Positions 58,383 through 64,000 of a stretch of DNA of 64,000 nucleotides are shown piece after piece (within the stretch, counting starts at the first letter, position 1; each line of letters starts with the position of its first letter). The DNA is from an uncultured Pseudomonadales bacterium (GTDB lineage: Bacteria > Patescibacteriota > Microgenomatia > UBA1400 > MFAQ01): positions 25,158 through 89,157 of the forward strand of contig CAYSAM010000002.1 of NCBI GenBank assembly GCA_964429015.1, read 5' to 3'. The translations under genes and the position numbers were made by a program. The notes under the pieces are model-generated. The model was given only the letters and a program-made list of their open reading frames with translations, was not told where the DNA came from and did no database searches.

Positions 58383-59207
58383 CTACGGCTGTCCAAAACC
58401 ACCAGCAGCGGCTTGTGAAAACGGCTTTGCGCCCTGACTTCCGCGAGCAGCTGTCTGAGAGAACGTACCAAAATTCAAGCGAATATCATGCTTGTTTGCG
58501 GTCGTGGTGAGAATCCATTTGTCCTGGATACCCATCCGCTTAAACACATCACGGAAGTCAGTACCATGTTTATCTTGGATACCCATAGCAGACACAATAT
58601 GTGTTTCATCTTGGAGAATCTCTGACACAATATCTTTCACACTTTCAGGGGTAGTAAACCGCCTACTGTGCTGGTCATAACCGTCAGTTACGATTAAGGT
58701 GGCAGAGCGAACAGGCTTTCCGCGATTTGAAAATTCCTGCGTCTTAGCCATAAGGTCCCCCAAGGCAACGACAGACATATCATAAAGAGGAGTTCCACCA
58801 TTAGCCTGATAGTTGCTTGCATCCAAAACTGGAACCTGAGCTATCGGGGTAAAGGGAATAACGACTGTACCATTCAAGTAACGTACGCACATAAGTACAG
58901 CATTGTTTGAATTACTTTCCATAAGCGCTTCACGAACAACATTAACCCCATCACGAATTGCTTGTTCGTTTCCAGCTTCAGCAATCGATCCAGAGTCATC
59001 AACCAGAATGGTAACCAAATAAACCTCATTTGGCCCCTTTACGTCAACTGCAGGAACGCCCATTGCCTGATTGATTTGGTTAGCGATATCAGGAATTGAA
59101 AAAACGCTAACCGCCGCTTTTGACAGCACACCATCTTCATGTGCAGAGCCAAACAAACTTTGTACATTTGCAATACCAGCAGCTTTAGAACTATTTTGTG
59201 GGTTCAT
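58383..59207 (-). CDS. vWA-domain protein (TerY-like)
   Basis: MIDAS DxSxS in VTILVDDSGSI; GGTPLYDM; TLIVTDGYD. 274 aa with a Gln/Ala/Gly-rich C-terminal tail. Confidence 0.7.
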   Translation of the reverse strand: MNPQNSSKAAGIANVQSLFGSAHEDGVLSKAAVSVFSIPDIANQINQAMGVPAVDVKGPNEVYLVTILVDDSGSIAEAGNEQAIRDGVNVVREALMESNSNNAVLMCVRYLNGTVVIPFTPIAQVPVLDASNYQANGGTPLYDMSVVALGDLMAKTQEFSNRGKPVRSATLIVTDGYDQHSRRFTTPESVKDIVSEILQDETHIVSAMGIQDKHGTDFRDVFKRMGIQDKWILTTTANKHDIRLNFGTFSQTAARGSQGAKPFSQAAAGGFGQP

Positions 59208-59234
59208 TTTTTATCTCCTTTAGACAGTACCAAC

Positions 59235-60263
59235 TTAGAACTTAATTCCCGGCCACGATTCAATCGGGTCGGTTGATTTCACGATATTCATGCCGGCTTT
59301 GGCAAAACGTTTGAATGCCGCGTCTGCAGCATCGGTGTGATCAACCACACCAGGAACGACAACAGGGCTTGTACAATCTTCCAACAAGTAAACTTTCTTA
59401 GCCAAAGTAGGATCAACAGCATTAATTTCGTCTAAGAAATCCGCAACTGTCCACGCTACACAATGACTCTTAGCTTGGCCAGCAATTGCGAGGTAGTCGT
59501 ATGCCTGTAGTTTCTTCACAAAGCCAGTGCTCTTCTGTGCAATCGCCTGTTTCATGGCAAAAAGAACTTCACCACGCAGCGCAGAATAGTTCTCAGATAA
59601 AACATTTCCACCCTTGATTTCATCTCCTGCGTCGACTTCGCGAGCCACATTATGGAAAAATACGGCTTCGTGCAAGGAAGCAACAAGTGCATGACCAATA
59701 CCACCGAGCATTGCGTGATATGGCCAAATTGTCAACTTATAACGACCGGCAGCTTCAAGTTGAGCTGTATACTCCAACAAGTAAGCTTGCAACCAAGCAT
59801 AGTTAACACCTGGAACACGACCAACAACACCAGGATTAATCATCCATTTGCCTTTTCTTACATCATCATTACTAATTTCAGTGTATGGAGCCGGGTGGTT
59901 TCCTCTTCCATCAACAATAAACATTGCATGGAAGATTTGCTGGATGTAGTGTGTGTCAAAAGTTAGTTCAATTCCGGAAATACGTCTCATCTCACGATAA
60001 ATCATTTCCGTCAAGCGTCGAATATCATCGACTGCGCCATTACCAGATCGACCACCAACAAAAAGTTCAAATCCGGGTGAACAAAAAGTGTTCTGAGCAT
60101 CAATGATCATCAAGCCAAAGCGTTTGGCATCTCGAGAAGATGGGGGGATGTTGTACTTTCTAGCCCAGTTTGGAGCATCAGTAGCCAGTTTTTCATATTT
60201 TGGTTCCCAGATCTTTCCAACGGCCTTCGGATCATAGTGAGCAGGTAAAGGTAAACTAGACAT
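59235..60263 (-). CDS. Isochorismatase/nicotinamidase-family cysteine hydrolase with a large internal insertion
   Basis: LMIIDAQNTFC (DxQxDF-C). Catalytic Cys context LAIAGQAKSHCVAWTVADF. 342 aa, whereas ~190 aa is typical. Confidence 0.55.
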   Translation of the reverse strand: MSSLPLPAHYDPKAVGKIWEPKYEKLATDAPNWARKYNIPPSSRDAKRFGLMIIDAQNTFCSPGFELFVGGRSGNGAVDDIRRLTEMIYREMRRISGIELTFDTHYIQQIFHAMFIVDGRGNHPAPYTEISNDDVRKGKWMINPGVVGRVPGVNYAWLQAYLLEYTAQLEAAGRYKLTIWPYHAMLGGIGHALVASLHEAVFFHNVAREVDAGDEIKGGNVLSENYSALRGEVLFAMKQAIAQKSTGFVKKLQAYDYLAIAGQAKSHCVAWTVADFLDEINAVDPTLAKKVYLLEDCTSPVVVPGVVDHTDAADAAFKRFAKAGMNIVKSTDPIESWPGIKF

Positions 60264-60278
60264 TTTTTTCTCCTATTT

Positions 60279-62147
60279 TTATTTTATTGTTAGACTTAGA
60301 ATTTCTTTTTTTCTTATAACCAAAACACCACTCGAACTTGGAAGTAGGAATGAGTTTTTGTCAACATATGGCTCAGTATCCGGAAACACTTTTGTCTGTG
60401 TAACTTTTCCAGATACTATCTCAGAACGAACCAACCCCTCATCAGTAGCACTCAGTATAAAATTACCAACAGGAAGTTTGCCCCTGATATTTCCCAACCA
60501 AGAGCCATCACCTTCATCAGTTTCAGCCACTGCTTCAATTTCCCCCAGTGAGTTAATTACCTGTAAACGGTTTAGCAACTTTGGACCATTTTTTTCAGTG
60601 GTCATAAACCACGCCCGCGTGCTAGTAAAAACACAGGTAGAATCAACAAGCTGACCACGTGTCGGAGTAATATTCACAGAGTCATTTATTCCAGACCTAT
60701 CAGCGTCAAATGTAAATGCCCTGGTTAGATTCCCAACACGATAGAAACCAAAACCAAAACTTTCTCCAACCCAAAACATTGTCTGGCCCTCGAGCACTGT
60801 ACCTATTGGTTCAGGTCCAACATCTTCATCTCTGTATAAGATACCTCCACTAGCCCAGTACCTGTGTCTGGAATTGGCATCAATAAGTGGTAAGTTTCCA
60901 AAACTATCAACTGGAATATTATCAATGACCTTACCACCTTCTAAAACCACCATACGCCCATCTCTCGCAAGTATTGTCTTCTTCCCCGACACACGATATC
61001 GCAACCCAGGATCAAGATCTCCTACCAGAGCTACACTTCCACCTTCTCTGATGAAGTTCCCGTCTTCATGGAAGATATATTTCAAGGTTCCATTTTGGAC
61101 AGTTGCGTATATTACTACACCCCTAGTTTGAAAAAGAAAATCAATCTTTACAGAGCCGCGAATTTGAGTTACTTTCTTTGAAGCAACACCCTTTAAACAG
61201 TTTGGGCATATAGCCCTAGCATGCTCAATACCACAGTTGGAACATTTCTCAAAATTGATATCTAGTAATCTTAGGGGGAACTCTCCTCTCCAGCCTTTTT
61301 CAAAAGTTCTTGAAAAAATTTCCAAGAGCTCATCAGGCAAAATATTAAGTTGAGGTGCGTCCTTTGGATACTTCACCGCAGAGTTAAAAACACTAATGCC
61401 TCGCAAGGGTCTTTCGTCTAGCAGAACCTTTCTCATTTTATTTTTTGCAATATAAACGCCACCATAAGGCCTCACAAACAGCAAAGCTTCCATCAACATC
61501 GCCATATATGCATACCAATCAGAGTTTCTATCATGAGGTCTAATTAGCATCATCGATTTCAGGTTTGGATCACATAGCCGAGGATCCACGTAGTTCGCTG
61601 TAAACAGCTGGCTTAGATATTTCGAATTTCCCATACTATCAGCGTCAACAATTCTGCAAACTCCTTGTTTGAGTAATACATTCAAACTATTAAAATCAGA
61701 AATTACCCCACCAGCGTCTTCATGAACTTGTTTTACTGTAGGATGCAAATCGCGAAAATATCCCAACATTGCGTTGTTTCCAATACCTCCCCTTGTACGA
61801 AACTCAGGATCGAGGTATTTAAGCATCGGCTCAAAGCCTTTAAGTTTCTCCATAGAATAGCCCAATACCTTCTTCTCGTTTGCGTCAGTCAAAAGACTAA
61901 GTGGTATAACCACCTTTGAAGGAAGTTTTGAAAAGGGAAACTCTCTAAGTTTCGTCTGATGAACAGCTATCCTTTCTCTGGCACGTTCTTGTTGAACTGG
62001 ATCCTTTGAATATGTTGGGTCATCTGGAAGTTTGTAAATTTTGGCCAGTTTCTTCGGACCAATATCATAGATATACGCCTCACCTCCTTCACTAAAAAGT
62101 ATGTCGAGGAGAATTCGCATACTACCATCATAAGCAACTCTATACAT
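60279..62147 (-). CDS. Atypical Ser/Thr protein-kinase-like protein with a central zinc ribbon and a ~300-aa C-terminal domain of unknown function
   Basis: Kinase-like subdomains: SEGGEAYIY (Gly-rich loop-like), LAKIYK (VAIK-like), ISDFNSLNVLL (HRD/catalytic-loop-like D...N), VDADSMG (DFG-like). Zinc ribbon CSNCG...CPNCL. Confidence 0.6.
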   Translation of the reverse strand: MYRVAYDGSMRILLDILFSEGGEAYIYDIGPKKLAKIYKLPDDPTYSKDPVQQERARERIAVHQTKLREFPFSKLPSKVVIPLSLLTDANEKKVLGYSMEKLKGFEPMLKYLDPEFRTRGGIGNNAMLGYFRDLHPTVKQVHEDAGGVISDFNSLNVLLKQGVCRIVDADSMGNSKYLSQLFTANYVDPRLCDPNLKSMMLIRPHDRNSDWYAYMAMLMEALLFVRPYGGVYIAKNKMRKVLLDERPLRGISVFNSAVKYPKDAPQLNILPDELLEIFSRTFEKGWRGEFPLRLLDINFEKCSNCGIEHARAICPNCLKGVASKKVTQIRGSVKIDFLFQTRGVVIYATVQNGTLKYIFHEDGNFIREGGSVALVGDLDPGLRYRVSGKKTILARDGRMVVLEGGKVIDNIPVDSFGNLPLIDANSRHRYWASGGILYRDEDVGPEPIGTVLEGQTMFWVGESFGFGFYRVGNLTRAFTFDADRSGINDSVNITPTRGQLVDSTCVFTSTRAWFMTTEKNGPKLLNRLQVINSLGEIEAVAETDEGDGSWLGNIRGKLPVGNFILSATDEGLVRSEIVSGKVTQTKVFPDTEPYVDKNSFLLPSSSGVLVIRKKEILSLTIK

Positions 62148-62156
62148 TCCGACCTC

Positions 62157-63008
62157 CTAAATTCTACTAGCCGTTACGATAGCCAAATCATCAGTTAAGA
62201 CTGGTGGGTAAATTTTTACTCGTTCATCTTTCCAGTTTATGACTCGCTTCTCACTAGCAAGCAAATTTAATCTTCCAACCAAATTACTTCGATTGTCGAA
62301 ATACGACACATTCTTCCAAAAATCTTCTGGATCTGCAATTTCAGTTGTTCCTGGCACACACTTTTTACTATCATTAAAAAACCCTTTAAGTCCATCCGTC
62401 GCCACCATTGCCGAATTTACGGTATTAGTTGAAGCAACTTTTTTAACCCTAATTTTTAAATCATCCGGAGCCATAACCTTTAGGCTTGTTTCGATCAAAT
62501 TGTACCCCAAGGCGGTAGGAAAATTATCTCTTGCGTCTGGTATCATTTCAAATTTCACGCCGTTCAAATAATAATACCCATCACCAACCCCAACGAACAG
62601 CGTAATATCTGGCGTGACTATCATACCTACAAGGGTGAACAAAAAGTAGCTCACAATATTATTGTGGTAGCTTCCACCTATTCCTCGAGCAATACTATCA
62701 ATTTCTCCCAGGGTATGCTTCTGAATATCTGCCCAAAAATTTTCATTTTGAAGGTAGAAGTTCCAGCGCCACTTAGAAATACTTTCAAGTCGGGAAACAA
62801 CATAGTTTGTTACAATTCCAACTCCAACTCTAGACCCCACTTCAGTATAAGTCTCAAAGGGAAAATTGCTATTTGAACAACCATCGGCAACAAACGACAC
62901 CATCAGATCTTTTTTTTCTTTTACTAAATACGCATCTTGGCAGTTCTTTTTTACCTTCACATGATCACCACCAATTACACTACCATGGCTATATCTCAGA
63001 GGAATCAT
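62157..63008 (-). CDS. PP2C-family Ser/Thr protein phosphatase
   Basis: QDAYL, VADGCS (metal-binding DG motif), GDGYYY and VATDGL (the C-terminal metal-binding D). Confidence 0.75.
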   Translation of the reverse strand: MIPLRYSHGSVIGGDHVKVKKNCQDAYLVKEKKDLMVSFVADGCSNSNFPFETYTEVGSRVGVGIVTNYVVSRLESISKWRWNFYLQNENFWADIQKHTLGEIDSIARGIGGSYHNNIVSYFLFTLVGMIVTPDITLFVGVGDGYYYLNGVKFEMIPDARDNFPTALGYNLIETSLKVMAPDDLKIRVKKVASTNTVNSAMVATDGLKGFFNDSKKCVPGTTEIADPEDFWKNVSYFDNRSNLVGRLNLLASEKRVINWKDERVKIYPPVLTDDLAIVTASRI

Positions 63009-63136
63009 CGTTTCTCCTTACTATATTTTATTATAAAAGTTCTAATACCCCACACTTAGTGTATTTATGACACAATTATAGCCCACTTTTCTTTATTGTC
63101 AATAGCAAGCTAACACAAGTCAGGTATACTTAACTC

Positions 63137-63892
63137 ATGTCCTGGATCTATACCATTCTTGCCTCCCTAGTAGAGGGTTTTACCGAGTTTCTCCCTATCT
63201 CCTCTACTGGTCACCTAATAGTCCTCAATCATCTTCTAAAAATCCAAGACTCCGACATAATCTCCTCTTTCAATATTTTTATTCAGCTAGGAGCCATCCT
63301 TGCAGTATTAAATCTTTACTATCAAGACCTTCTCAAAGACAAAAAAATATTACTCAATATCCTTATCTCATTTATACCGACAGCCATCATCGGTTTTACC
63401 TTATATCCACTTATAAAACGATACCTCTTAAGTAACCTACTTATTACCACAGCAAGTCTTTTTCTGGGAGGCATACTTATCTTTCTTTTACCAAAAACAA
63501 CAAAGTCAAAGGAGGTTAATCTTTTGGGATATTTTAAAATAGGTATTTTTCAGTCTCTTTCAGTTATTCCGGGTACGAGCAGAGCTCTAATGTCTATTAT
63601 TGGAGGACTATTCTCAGGCCTAAACATGGAAGAGGCTGTCAGATATTCTTTTCTATTGGCCATTCCCACCATAGGTGCAGCTACCGGCTTAGATTTAATC
63701 AAAAATAAAGAAATATTACTCCAGAATATAAATCTACTACCGTTTTTTCTTCTTGGGTTTACCCTATCATTTGTAACAGCAAAGTTAACCCTTAAATACT
63801 TTCTTGGTCTTGTCAAAAACAACTCCCTAAAGTTTTTTGGTTACTACAGAATTGCACTCGCACTCCTAATATATCTAGTACTACTGAGGTAA
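63137..63892 (+). CDS. uppP: Undecaprenyl-diphosphate phosphatase (UppP/BacA)
   Basis: LVEGFTEFLPISSTGHLIV is the canonical UppP N-terminal motif. Multi-TM. The second motif is PGTSRA. Confidence 0.85.
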   Translation: MSWIYTILASLVEGFTEFLPISSTGHLIVLNHLLKIQDSDIISSFNIFIQLGAILAVLNLYYQDLLKDKKILLNILISFIPTAIIGFTLYPLIKRYLLSNLLITTASLFLGGILIFLLPKTTKSKEVNLLGYFKIGIFQSLSVIPGTSRALMSIIGGLFSGLNMEEAVRYSFLLAIPTIGAATGLDLIKNKEILLQNINLLPFFLLGFTLSFVTAKLTLKYFLGLVKNNSLKFFGYYRIALALLIYLVLLR

Positions 63893-64000
63893 TCCCCTCC
63901 AAACCACAAACCTTTTTATATATACTTATATTTAGTCATGAATACTTTTTTAGAGCTCGCAGCCATCATAACTCTCGCCACCACTATTTCCATCTTCACA

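Noticed and set aside
1-64000. Alternative genetic code (UGA recoding, as in some CPR lineages)
   Set aside because: Well-supported genes (ftsH, nrdJ, sufB, the PBPs) translate as long uninterrupted ORFs under the standard code.

Overview
Low-GC (about 35-40%) bacterial chromosomal segment, gene-dense, mostly transcribed on the minus strand. Long ORFs are uninterrupted under the standard code. The gene content suggests a reduced-genome, Patescibacteria/CPR-like or similar Gram-positive-type organism: split transketolase, class-I DhnA-type aldolase, ATP-dependent DNA ligase, B12-type RNR with NrdR, an LPETG sortase substrate, two PBP1A paralogs and a SUF Fe-S machinery. Most of the window is housekeeping: ABC exporter, Pth, RecF, Fpg, FtsH, TrpS, two tRNAs, NrdJ/NrdR, PBPs, a pentose-phosphate module and an expanded SUF operon with thiol-redox genes. 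Four things stand out. (1) A compositionally distinct, higher-GC four-gene minus-strand operon at 58.3-63.0 kb encodes a PP2C phosphatase, a kinase-like protein with a zinc ribbon and a large C-terminal domain, an isochorismatase/nicotinamidase-like hydrolase with a large insertion, and a vWA (TerY-like) protein. This is a TerY-P-triad-like signalling/defence candidate with an unusual fourth, NAD-salvage-like component. (2) Three families of short repeats litter the window: a TCGTCATTGCGAG...CGGCAATC palindromic element, and 7-nt and 8-nt tandem microrepeats. They lie intergenically and also in frame inside coding sequences (sufU, the DNA ligase, ccdA, the sufC N-terminus, the MFS C-terminus). 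(3) A tRNA-Met / tyrosine recombinase / tRNA-Ile(UAU) / VirD4-TraD-like ATPase cluster at 20.8-25.6 kb. (4) A degenerate Fic-like protein and an archaeal/eukaryal-type ATP-dependent DNA ligase. Everything is inferred from motifs read in the translated ORFs; no database searches were possible.
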